A DNA stretch of 64,000 nt. Origin: an uncultured Bacilli bacterium. Lineage in GTDB: Bacteria; Bacillota_I; Bacilli_A; RF39; UBA660. Positions 41,711 through 50,403 of the stretch are shown here, in pieces. Location: positions 10,800-74,799 of the forward strand of contig CAKPCU010000004.1 in the NCBI GenBank assembly GCA_934148015.1. Reading direction: 5' to 3'. The translations under genes were made by a program, and so were the position numbers. Under the pieces are notes generated by a model. That model was given only the letters and a program-made list of their open reading frames with translations. It was not told where the DNA came from and made no database searches. Within the stretch, counting starts at the first letter, position 1, and each line of letters begins with the position of its first letter.

Positions 41711-42649
41711 ATGTTAATAATTAAAAGAATAAAATATAAAGATTATTTATATGAATGGTTAATTAATAAAAAAAGTTTTATTAAAGAATCAACTTATGCA
41801 AATTATTCTAATATTGTATTTAGTTATATAACACCTAAACTTGGTAATTATTATATAAGTGAATTAAATAATAAAATAATACAAGATTATATATTATATC
41901 TACATAATACTAAAGGATTAGCGATTAAAACAATAAAGGATATAATTATGATAGTAAAAGAAAGTATAAAGTGTGCTATTAATAATAATATAATTAAAAA
42001 TTTTGATTTAAAATTTAACTATCCTAAAAGTAATAATATTAATCATATGTATGTATTAACAAAAAGAGAACAAAATATATTAATGGAATATGTATTAAAT
42101 AACATTAATAATAAAAGTATAGGTATTTTAATATCATTACTTTTAGGTATTAGAATTGGAGAATTATGTGCATTAAAGTGGGAAGATATAGACTTTAAAA
42201 AGAAAATATTACATGTTAATAAAACTTTACAAAGAATATATATAAAAGACATAGATAAAAATTTATCTAAGGTTATTGTATCTCTTCCTAAAACTAACAG
42301 CTCTAATAGGGATATTCCAATAAATAAAGAATTATTAGATATACTTAAAACATTAAAAACTAATAAAGAAGATTATATATTAACTGGAAATAATAAAAAT
42401 ACGGAACCTAGAGTATATAGAAGTTATTTTAATACAGTTTTAAAAAAGAATAGTATAAAACGTATTAAGTTTCATTCACTTAGACATACGTTTGCAACTA
42501 ATTGTATATCTCTTGGAATAGATTATAAAACTGTAAGTGAACTATTAGGACATTCTAACATAAATATCACTTTAAATTTATATGTACATCCAAGATTATC
42601 TCAAAAGAAAAAATGTATAGAAAAAATATATAAAAATGTTATTAAATAA
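41711..42649 (+). CDS. Tyrosine site-specific recombinase (phage-integrase/Xer family)
   Basis: N-terminal SAM-like core-binding domain. Catalytic signature R (GIRIGELCALKWEDID), HSLRHTFAT (HxxR), LGHSNINITLNLYVH (H..Y). Confidence 0.9.
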   Translation: MLIIKRIKYKDYLYEWLINKKSFIKESTYANYSNIVFSYITPKLGNYYISELNNKIIQDYILYLHNTKGLAIKTIKDIIMIVKESIKCAINNNIIKNFDLKFNYPKSNNINHMYVLTKREQNILMEYVLNNINNKSIGILISLLLGIRIGELCALKWEDIDFKKKILHVNKTLQRIYIKDIDKNLSKVIVSLPKTNSSNRDIPINKELLDILKTLKTNKEDYILTGNNKNTEPRVYRSYFNTVLKKNSIKRIKFHSLRHTFATNCISLGIDYKTVSELLGHSNINITLNLYVHPRLSQKKKCIEKIYKNVIK

Positions 42650-42690
42650 CGTAAAATTTACGTAAAATATATAATAAAAATTCAAACTAA

Positions 42691-42719
42691 TTGACAATGA
42701 AATTTATTGATGATATTAT
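42691..42719 (+). promoter_or_regulatory. Near-consensus SigA promoter inside the central segment, currently reading into cassette B'
   Basis: TTGACA (42691-42696)-N17-TATTAT (42714-42719). About 150 nt upstream of the B' ATG. Confidence 0.6.
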
Positions 42720-42807
42720 TAAATCAGAATATAAAGGAGGCGAGATTTGAAGTATAAGTTTTGTTTAATTAAGACAAAATAAATTAAATGGTTAACACAC
42801 ATATATC

Positions 42808-42972
42808 TTTAAGTAACTATCTTAAGGATAAAAAGTGTTTAAAAAATAAAAGAAAGAAGGAAAAAATTATGAAAAAAAATAAAAAAGGTTTTACTTTAAT
42901 TGAATTACTAGCTGTTATTGTTATACTTGGTATTATTATTACCATTGTTGTAAGTAATGTTGTTAAGTATAT
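42808..42972 (+). repeat. Pilin 5' module copy L3
   Basis: TTTAAGTAACTATCTTAAGGATAAAAAGTGTTTAAAAAATAAAAGAAAGAAGGAAAAAATTATGAAAAAAAATAAAAAAGG... The inner end is approximate. Confidence 0.9.
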
Positions 42973-43336
42973 AAGTCAATCAAAACAAGGTGCCTTTAAA
43001 GATGCAGTTGGTGTATTTATAAAGAATACACAAACCCAAGTACTGGCTTCTGATATAAGTGGTATAGGTAGTATGACAACATGTACTAAAAATTCTGAGT
43101 GTAAAAGTAAATATCAGTATGATACAGCGAATATGGATATAACAGTAAGTCAAAATACTGGTAAAAACTATAAAATAGTTATAACAGGAATAGGTGGTTT
43201 TAATAATGTTGATATGGCTGAAACAGATAAATATGGTAATAAAAAATATTGTCCAAAAGAAGCTGCCGAGTGTACTAAGAATGGTGTAATCACTTTATAT
43301 ATGAATAGCGACGCTGAAATAAAAGAAGCTGAATAA
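42869..43336 (+). CDS. Type IV pilin, variant cassette B' (155 aa)
   Basis: ATG 42869 sits behind the shared RBS. The ORF-track start at 42788 merely reads through the leader module. Same 34-aa N-terminus. Confidence 0.9.
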   Translation: MKKNKKGFTLIELLAVIVILGIIITIVVSNVVKYISQSKQGAFKDAVGVFIKNTQTQVLASDISGIGSMTTCTKNSECKSKYQYDTANMDITVSQNTGKNYKIVITGIGGFNNVDMAETDKYGNKKYCPKEAAECTKNGVITLYMNSDAEIKEAE

Positions 43337-43337
43337 T

Positions 43338-43383
43338 AAAAATACTATAATGAAGATCAATATTTCATTATAGTATTTTTTTT
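43338..43383. terminator. Bidirectional terminator T2 shared by cassettes B' and A'
   Basis: Identical 13-bp stem and loop to T1, in the same absolute orientation. Confidence 0.8.
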
Positions 43384-43385
43384 AA

Positions 43386-43856
43386 TTATCTTCCACTTGT
43401 TATAGTACCATCTAATGCTAAGTGTATTTTAATTTCAGCCCCAGAACAAGCATCTTCAACAGGACATGTAATACTAGTTACAGAACTAAAATTACTTCCT
43501 GGATTAATAGTAACAGTGTACCCATTTAATTTTTCACCGGTTTTCCATTCTTCTACTTGCATTTTTAAAGTTTCTTCTTTATAAGAACCCTTATAATCAT
43601 CTTCAACTACACATTTTTTAGTTGCCTCATTATCATTACATGTCACTAAACTAGCTGTTCCATTGTCCATCTCATTAGCCATTAATTGTGTTTGCATATC
43701 TTTTACTAAAACCTTGTATGCATCAACATAAGAACCCTTTCTTGCTTTATTAATATACTTAACAACGTTACTTACAACGATAGTAATAATAATACCAAGT
43801 ATAACAATAACAGCTAGTAATTCAATTAAAGTAAAACCTTTTTTATTTTTTTTCAT
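43386..43856 (-). CDS. Type IV pilin, variant cassette A' (156 aa)
   Basis: First 70 aa identical to cassette A. Differs in two short patches only. Confidence 0.9.
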   Translation of the reverse strand: MKKNKKGFTLIELLAVIVILGIIITIVVSNVVKYINKARKGSYVDAYKVLVKDMQTQLMANEMDNGTASLVTCNDNEATKKCVVEDDYKGSYKEETLKMQVEEWKTGEKLNGYTVTINPGSNFSSVTSITCPVEDACSGAEIKIHLALDGTITSGR

Positions 43857-43922
43857 AATTTTTTCCTTCTTTCTTTTATTTTTTAAACACTTTTTATCCT
43901 TAAGATAGTTGCTTAAAAAATA
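43754..43922 (-). repeat. Pilin 5' module copy L4 (inverted relative to L1 and L3)
   Basis: Reverse complement is identical to L1 from TATTTTTTAAGCAACTATC.. through codon 34 and beyond. The inner end is approximate. Confidence 0.9.
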
Positions 43923-44010
43923 AGAATGAATGTTATTTTTAGAGTTGTTTTACTTTCTTTTTCTTATTTATTACTGTATAATTAGATAGTAGGAAATGGA
44001 GGCGAGATAT

Positions 44011-44931
44011 ATGTTATTAATTGGTTCTCATGTATCTTTTAAAAAAGATGATCAATTGCTAGGTAGTTTAAAGGAAGCTTTAAGTTATGGATCTAATTGC
44101 TTTATGTTTTATACTGGGGCTCCTCAAAATACTAGTAGGTGTAATATAGATGATTCATTAACTAAGAAAGCTATTAAGTTAATGGAAGAAAATAATATTG
44201 ATATTAATAATTTAGTAGTTCATGCTCCTTATATTATTAACCTTGCTAATAATGAAAAAGAGCAAAATTATTTATTTGCTATCAATTTCTTAAAAGAGGA
44301 AATTAAAAGGGTAGAACATCTTGGTGTTAAAAGGCTTGTTTTACATCCAGGGAGCTTTGTTAAACTTGATTTGGTAACTGGTATTAATAATGTTATTAAT
44401 GCTTTAAATGAGGTAATAGATGCTAATACAAACGTAAATATATGTTTAGAGACTATGGCAGGTAAGGGTAGCGAGATATGTTTTAAATTAGAGCATATTA
44501 AGAAAATAATTGATGGGGTTAAATATAATGATAAATTAATGGTATGTTTAGATACTTGTCATTTAAATGATGCAGGTTATGATATGAGTAATTTTGATTC
44601 GTTTTTAGATGATTTTGATAAGTTAATTGGGATTAATAAAATAGGTTGTGTTCATGTTAATGATTCTAAAAATATTATTTATTCTAAAAAAGATAGGCAT
44701 GAAAATATAGGTTTTGGTACTATTGGTTTTGATTCATTAATTAATATTATATATAATAAAAAATTAGAAGATGTTCCTAAAATATTAGAAACACCTTATA
44801 TAAGTTTGGAAGATAATACAAAGGTAAGAAGTTTGGCACCTTATAAATTTGAAATTGAAATGATTAAGAATAGAGAGTTTAATCCTAATTTATATAGTGA
44901 TGTAAGAAGTTATTATAAAAAAAATAGTTAG
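44011..44931 (+). CDS. nfo: Endonuclease IV
   Basis: IGSHVS, HAPYIINLA, LHPGS, LETMAGKG, CLDTCH, HVNDSK metal-ligand blocks. ATG 44011 lies 8 nt after GGAGG. Confidence 0.9.
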   Translation: MLLIGSHVSFKKDDQLLGSLKEALSYGSNCFMFYTGAPQNTSRCNIDDSLTKKAIKLMEENNIDINNLVVHAPYIINLANNEKEQNYLFAINFLKEEIKRVEHLGVKRLVLHPGSFVKLDLVTGINNVINALNEVIDANTNVNICLETMAGKGSEICFKLEHIKKIIDGVKYNDKLMVCLDTCHLNDAGYDMSNFDSFLDDFDKLIGINKIGCVHVNDSKNIIYSKKDRHENIGFGTIGFDSLINIIYNKKLEDVPKILETPYISLEDNTKVRSLAPYKFEIEMIKNREFNPNLYSDVRSYYKKNS

Positions 44932-44977
44932 TTTACTTTGAATGTTTAATTTAGTATAATTGTAAAAGGTGATATAT

Positions 44978-46285
44978 ATGTTTGAAAGTTTAACGGAAAA
45001 ATTAGAAAATGCTGTTAGTAAGTTAAAAGGATATGGAACAATTACAGAGGATAATATCAGTGATGTTATAAGGGAAGTTAGGCTTGCTTTATTAGAAGCT
45101 GATGTTAATTACAAAGTTGTTAAAGAGTTTACTAATAAAGTAAAAGAAAAGGCTTTGGGCGAAGAGGTTAAAAAGTCTTTAAAACCTGGTGATGTGTTTT
45201 TAAAAATATTAAAAGATGAATTATTAGAATTACTAGGGAATAAAGAATCATCTATTGATTTATCTAGTAATCCTAGTATTATAATGTTAGTTGGTCTTCA
45301 AGGATCAGGTAAAACTACAACTATAGGAAAATTAGGTAATTTACTTAGAAAGAAAAATGCCAAAAAACCTATATTTATAGCAGCAGATGTATATAGACCA
45401 GCTGCAATTGATCAGTTAAAACAATTAGGACGTGAACTTAATATTGAGGTTTATGATGAGGGTCAAAATAACGCAGTTGATGTTGTTTGTAATGGTGTTA
45501 ATTATGCTAAAGAAAAAGGGTATGATTTAATTTTAGTAGATACTGCGGGACGTTTGCACGTTGATGATACTTTAATGAATGAATTAAAGGAAATAGAGGA
45601 AAAAGTAAAACCAAATGAGGTAATATTAGTAATTGATGCTATGATAGGTCAAGATGCAATAAACGTAATTAATGGTTTTAATGATTCTCTTAAACTAACT
45701 GGTACAATTTTAACTAAAATGGATGGTGATACTAAGGGTGGTGTTGCTTTATCTGTTAAGCATTTAACTGGTGTACCAATTAAATTTATTGGTGTATCTG
45801 AAAAATTAGATGGTCTTGATTATTTTGATCCAGAACGTATGGTATCTAGAATACTTGGTAATGGAGATATTATGTCTATAATAGAGAAGGCTGAAGCTGT
45901 TATTGATGAAAAAGAAGCTATGACTACAGCGAAGAAGATTCAGTCTGGTAAAATGGATTTAGAAGACTTCTTGTCTCAATTAAAGCAAATAAGAAAGCTT
46001 GGACCATTAGAAAACTTAATTAAACTTCTTCCAGGAGCTAGAAAGCTTGGACTTAATAATATTAGTATAGATCCAAAAGAGTTTGCTAAGTTAGAAGCTA
46101 TAATATCTTCTATGACATTAAAAGAAAGAAAAAATCCTGATATTATAAAAGCATCTAGAAAACAGAGAATTGCAAATGGAAGTGGTACATCTGTTCAAGA
46201 AGTTAATAAATTACTAAACCAATTTGAACAAATGAAAAAGATGATGAAGATGATGAAAAATGGTAGTTTTAAGATGCCGTTTTAA
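44978..46285 (+). CDS. ffh: Signal recognition particle protein Ffh
   Basis: MFESLTEKL.., GLQGSGKTTT, DTAGR, Met-rich M domain. ATG 44978. Confidence 0.97.
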   Translation: MFESLTEKLENAVSKLKGYGTITEDNISDVIREVRLALLEADVNYKVVKEFTNKVKEKALGEEVKKSLKPGDVFLKILKDELLELLGNKESSIDLSSNPSIIMLVGLQGSGKTTTIGKLGNLLRKKNAKKPIFIAADVYRPAAIDQLKQLGRELNIEVYDEGQNNAVDVVCNGVNYAKEKGYDLILVDTAGRLHVDDTLMNELKEIEEKVKPNEVILVIDAMIGQDAINVINGFNDSLKLTGTILTKMDGDTKGGVALSVKHLTGVPIKFIGVSEKLDGLDYFDPERMVSRILGNGDIMSIIEKAEAVIDEKEAMTTAKKIQSGKMDLEDFLSQLKQIRKLGPLENLIKLLPGARKLGLNNISIDPKEFAKLEAIISSMTLKERKNPDIIKASRKQRIANGSGTSVQEVNKLLNQFEQMKKMMKMMKNGSFKMPF

Positions 46286-46366
46286 TAAATAAATCAATTT
46301 ACCTAGCAATAACCTATTCAAACATTTAAAAAACTCATACTATAAAGTAGGTAAGGGGGATTTTAA

Positions 46367-46627
46367 ATGTTTTTTAACAAAAAATGTTGCTGTAATCAGC
46401 AAAATAATTGGCAAGAAAATTCTTGCGGATGTGATTCAATAATAGAACAACCTATAGAAAAATGTATTGAAAGAAATATATGTCATAAAGTAGAACATGT
46501 ATGCCCAATACATACTAGAATAATTAATAATCATATATATGAACATACATATAGACCAGAATATACTTGTTCAGAAGAAAATACTGTAACAAATATTGAT
46601 CCTGGTTGTTCTGGATTTAATTTTTAA
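46367..46627 (+). CDS. cotD: CotD-like Cys/His-rich spore coat protein
   Basis: 86 aa, with VEHVCPIHTRIINNHIYEHTYRPEY resembling the CotD H-x-H/HT repeats, and Cys clusters. Confidence 0.5.
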   Translation: MFFNKKCCCNQQNNWQENSCGCDSIIEQPIEKCIERNICHKVEHVCPIHTRIINNHIYEHTYRPEYTCSEENTVTNIDPGCSGFNF

Positions 46628-46748
46628 GAAGTATTAACTTCTTATGGAAGCTATTATCTGTTGATGATGGTTTCTTTTTTTCTAAAAATATATTAATTTT
46701 GATATTTTTATGATATAATTATTTTGTTACAAAAAGGAGATAAATGAA

Positions 46749-47456
46749 ATGAACTTATTAGATAAAGCTTATGACATATTAAAAGAAAAGATAGTTGAAT
46801 CTAGTTGTTATAATGATTATATATATCGTATTATGAATGATGAGGTAATTGGTAAAAAGTTTGACGAAGTAACATCATATGAAAAAGATGGAAAAGTCTC
46901 GTCATTTGCATCTAGTGCTGTAAAAAACGTGGATTTTATAAATGAATTTTCTAAGATATATGGTTTAGATAAAGAATTTTGTAGTATAATATTAAAGGCA
47001 TTTGATAGTAATACTATTACTGAAAAAATTATTAATACTAAATTTATCGAAACTTTATATGGTAATCCAAATAAGGAAGATTTAACAAACATTGATGCTT
47101 TGTTTACTATTTATGAGAGTGTTTTTGGACTTAATTGTTTAACTTTGTTCATTTTAGATGATAAAGCTCTTGATGATAGATTTAGAAGTGTATTTAATAC
47201 GTTTGATAAATCTTTAGAATATAATTTTTTAAATATTATAAACAAGGTATATGAGGAAACAAAGGACTTAAAAAATTATGATGATATAAAAGATGTATTT
47301 GCAAATTATGCTGATGACATTATGCCATTTGCATTACCTGGATTAATTAAACAGATAGATGAGCAGGCTAATAAAAATTGCAATTTTAGTAATACTGATA
47401 ATTTAAGAGATAGAGTTGTACAGTTGATTGGCCTAAATGTAAAGAAAAAAATGTAA
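46749..47456 (+). CDS. Hypothetical protein
   Basis: Clean 235-aa ORF with RBS AAGGAGA. No recognisable motifs. Confidence 0.55.
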   Translation: MNLLDKAYDILKEKIVESSCYNDYIYRIMNDEVIGKKFDEVTSYEKDGKVSSFASSAVKNVDFINEFSKIYGLDKEFCSIILKAFDSNTITEKIINTKFIETLYGNPNKEDLTNIDALFTIYESVFGLNCLTLFILDDKALDDRFRSVFNTFDKSLEYNFLNIINKVYEETKDLKNYDDIKDVFANYADDIMPFALPGLIKQIDEQANKNCNFSNTDNLRDRVVQLIGLNVKKKM

Positions 47457-47523
47457 AGTTTTGTATAATGTATTGATATATGTTTTTAATTAGTTATATA
47501 ATAAAAGTGGGAGTGTGATACGT

Positions 47524-47721
47524 ATGATTTATCCATCTATTGATAAGATTTTAACAAAGGTTGGTTCTAAGTATATGTTGGTTCATATTGCATCTAGAAG
47601 AGCAAAGGAAATGAATGAAACGAATTATTACCAAATGAAAGAATCAGAGTACAAATGTGAAAAGAACATTGGAAGAGCATTAGAAGAAATAATGAAAGAC
47701 TTAATACAAATTGAACAGTAA
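47524..47721 (+). CDS. rpoZ: RNA polymerase omega subunit
   Basis: MIYPSIDKILTKVGSKYMLVHIASRRAKEM. ATG 47524 follows GGGAGTG. Confidence 0.85.
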   Translation: MIYPSIDKILTKVGSKYMLVHIASRRAKEMNETNYYQMKESEYKCEKNIGRALEEIMKDLIQIEQ

Positions 47722-47789
47722 TTGTAATTAAGTTTTTTCTTTTTATTTACATTCGAACAAACGTATTGTATAATATTTATGGAGGTTAC

Positions 47790-48557
47790 ATGAAGATACT
47801 TAAATTTAAAAAAATATCAAATGATAAATATAAGTTGTACTTAGATAATAATGAGGAAGTTATTTTGTATGAAGATGTGATAATAAAAAATAACTTATTA
47901 TTAAAAAAAGAAATTGATGCTAAAGGTTTATGTAAGATTTCTAATGAAAATATATATATGGAAGCTTTAACTAAAGCTATTAATTATATTTCTATTAGAA
48001 TGAGAAGTAAAAAAGAAATAGAAGATTATTTAAAAAAGAATAATGTAGATGAAAAAAGCATTGATAAGATTATCATGACACTTATGAAAAAGGGATATAT
48101 AAATGATGTTTCTTTTACTAAATCTTATATAAATGATCAATTGCTATTAACTAATTATGGACCTTATAAAATAAAAAATAATTTAATTAAACTTGGTATT
48201 ACAACTGATATAATTGATGATGAAATAAATAAAATAGATAAGAATATAATAAAAGACAGAATAAAAAAAATAATAGAAAAACAATTAAAGATAAAAAAGG
48301 GTAGTAGTAATATGATTAAGATTAAGTTACTTAATTATATGAGTAATTTAGGTTATGATAAGTCTGATATATTGGTGGTACTTTCTTCTTTTTATATTAA
48401 AACTGATAAAAACATTTTGGAAAAAGAATATAGTAAATTATATAACAAGTATTCTAAAAAGTATGATAAAGAGAAACTTGAGTATTTTATTATTCAAAAA
48501 TTGTATAGCAAAGGGTATACAAAAGAGGAGATTTTGAGCATCAAAAAAAGTGCATAA
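47790..48557 (+). CDS. recX: RecX-family regulatory protein
   Basis: Three-repeat helical protein with KGYINDVSFTKSYI-type RecX repeats. ATG 47790 follows GGAGG. Confidence 0.65.
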   Translation: MKILKFKKISNDKYKLYLDNNEEVILYEDVIIKNNLLLKKEIDAKGLCKISNENIYMEALTKAINYISIRMRSKKEIEDYLKKNNVDEKSIDKIIMTLMKKGYINDVSFTKSYINDQLLLTNYGPYKIKNNLIKLGITTDIIDDEINKIDKNIIKDRIKKIIEKQLKIKKGSSNMIKIKLLNYMSNLGYDKSDILVVLSSFYIKTDKNILEKEYSKLYNKYSKKYDKEKLEYFIIQKLYSKGYTKEEILSIKKSA

Positions 48558-48570
48558 AACGCACCTTTAG

Positions 48571-50253
48571 TTAATCTTTTCTAACATCTAGTATAACAGG
48601 TAAGATAATAGGTCTTCTGCCTGTTTTTTCATATACAAATGTTAATATATCACTGATTAGAGCACCTTTTAATTCATTATAGTTAACTTGTTTTTTTGTT
48701 AATTCTTTGTTTACTGTAATTGTTGCAACGTGTTCTATTTCATTTAATAGAGCTTCGTTTTCATTAACTAAAATAAATCCTCTTGTAGTAATATTTATTT
48801 TACCAAGTAATATGTGTTTAGACATATCTATATTACATATAGCTACTAGTATTCCATCATTAGCCATTATTTTTCTATCTCTAATTACAATGTTTTTAAC
48901 ATCACCAATACGGTTACCATCAACGTATATATCATCTGCACCGATGTTTCCTATGCGTTTTGCACCTTTTTTATTAAGTAAAATAGCATCACCATTACCA
49001 AGTAAGAAAGTTTTTTCTTTAGGTATATCACAGTTAATAGCTAAATCTTGATGTTTTTTAAGCATTCTATACTCACCATGTATTGGCATAAAGTATTCTG
49101 GTTTAAATAATCTAATCATTAATTTTAATTCTTCTTGGTTAGCATGACCAGATGTATGTATTTCATTTTCTGGATTATTTACAAAAACTTCAACCCCTTG
49201 TAAATATAATTGATTAATTGTTTTAGCAACAGAAGCATTATTACCTGGTATTGGGTTAGATGAAAATATAACCGTATCATTTGGTCTTAATTTAATCTGT
49301 TTATGAGTGCCATTAGCTATTCTAGATAGTGCAGCAAGTGGCTCTCCTTGTGACCCTGTACAAAGTAAGCATATTTCTTCTGGTTTTAAAGTATTAGCAA
49401 CTTCTGGTGAAACAAATATTTTATCATCTTTAATGTATCCACCTTCAATAGATATTTCTATATTATTTTCCATACTTCTACCAAATAATGCTATTTTTCT
49501 ATTATTCTTTTTACATGTTTCAACAATGTGTTTAAGTCTGTATATATTAGATGCAAATGTTGCAAGTATTATTCTTCCTTTTTTCTTTTCAAATATTTCT
49601 TGCAATTCTTCTTCTACTTTTGATTCACTCATTGAAAAACCAGGTGATAGAGCATTAGTTGATTCGCTCATTAAAAGTTTAACTCCGCTTTTACCAACCT
49701 CGGCCATTTTATGTATATTTGACATAGGACCAATTGGAGTTAAATCAAATTTAAAGTCTCCTGTTTCGATTATTTTACCGTTAGGTGTTGTAATAATTAT
49801 TCCATGTGAATCTGGAATAGAGTGAGTTGTTGCAAAAAATTCTACCGTAAAATGCTTATATTTTACTTTTGTTTTTTCATCATATACTTTTAAGTTATCA
49901 TAGCTGATATTTTTATCTTGTAATTTTCTTTTAATTAAACCACAAGCTTGGTTTGGAGCATATATTACTGGTATGTTAACGCTTTGAAGTAAGTATGAGA
50001 TACCACCTATATGATCTTCGTGTCCATGAGTTATAAAAAGTGCCTTTATTTTATCTTCATTTTTCTTTAAAAAGGTAAAATCAGGTATAACGTAATCTAT
50101 ACCCATAAGTTCATCTTTAGGAAACATTACACCAGCATCTACTATAATTAACTCATCTTCATGCATGAAAGCATACATATTTTTACCGACTTCTCCTAAA
50201 CCTCCTAGTGCAACCACCAAAGTATCAGCATGATTCGTATCAAAAATTTTCAT
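48571..50253 (-). CDS. rnj: Ribonuclease J
   Basis: MBL motif THGHEDHIGG, beta-CASP, C-terminal domain. ATG 50253 (MKIFDTN..) follows AGGAG. Confidence 0.92.
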   Translation of the reverse strand: MKIFDTNHADTLVVALGGLGEVGKNMYAFMHEDELIIVDAGVMFPKDELMGIDYVIPDFTFLKKNEDKIKALFITHGHEDHIGGISYLLQSVNIPVIYAPNQACGLIKRKLQDKNISYDNLKVYDEKTKVKYKHFTVEFFATTHSIPDSHGIIITTPNGKIIETGDFKFDLTPIGPMSNIHKMAEVGKSGVKLLMSESTNALSPGFSMSESKVEEELQEIFEKKKGRIILATFASNIYRLKHIVETCKKNNRKIALFGRSMENNIEISIEGGYIKDDKIFVSPEVANTLKPEEICLLCTGSQGEPLAALSRIANGTHKQIKLRPNDTVIFSSNPIPGNNASVAKTINQLYLQGVEVFVNNPENEIHTSGHANQEELKLMIRLFKPEYFMPIHGEYRMLKKHQDLAINCDIPKEKTFLLGNGDAILLNKKGAKRIGNIGADDIYVDGNRIGDVKNIVIRDRKIMANDGILVAICNIDMSKHILLGKINITTRGFILVNENEALLNEIEHVATITVNKELTKKQVNYNELKGALISDILTFVYEKTGRRPIILPVILDVRKD

Positions 50254-50403
50254 TATTAAATTTAAACTCCTTTCATAAATTATTAACAAAAAAGAATTAA
50301 CTATAAGATTATACTATTTTTTTAATAGTTTGTCCATTGCCTTATTAACTAATCTTTGCATACTATGTAAAATTATAGTATAATAGCTAATAGGGTGATA
50401 TTA

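Larger units (their letters stand above)
41674..42807. other. Putative central invertible segment (recombinase gene + outward promoter) bounded by L2/L3
   Basis: Unique DNA between two inverted ~165-bp repeats. Contains int (41711-42649), a 15-bp palindrome (42649-42663) and a TTGACA-N17-TATTAT promoter (42691-42719). Confidence 0.6.

Noticed and set aside
42043-42252. 69-aa antisense ORF inside the recombinase gene
   Set aside because: Shadow ORF within a gene that has a complete tyrosine-recombinase catalytic signature.
42788-42868. 27-codon N-terminal extension of pilin B' in the ORF track (MVNTHISLSNYLKDKKCLKNKRKKEKI)
   Set aside because: It is read-through of the shared non-coding leader module. 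The other three cassettes have stops in this frame, and the conserved RBS sits directly before ATG 42869.
40474-43970. Prophage, ICE or transposon interpretation of the integrase-containing region
   Set aside because: There are no phage, conjugation or transposase genes. The recombinase is flanked only by pilin genes in a mirror-symmetric repeat architecture, which fits an inversion switch better than a mobile element.
46286-46366. SigK-type promoter upstream of the cotD-like gene (CATACTATA resembles CATAnnnTA)
   Set aside because: No AC -35 element lies at the required 16-17 nt spacing, and the -10-like match alone is too weak in AT-rich DNA.
48707-49825. Two + strand ORFs (114 and 172 aa) opposite rnj
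   Set aside because: They lie inside a well-supported RNase J gene and their translations lack any motifs.
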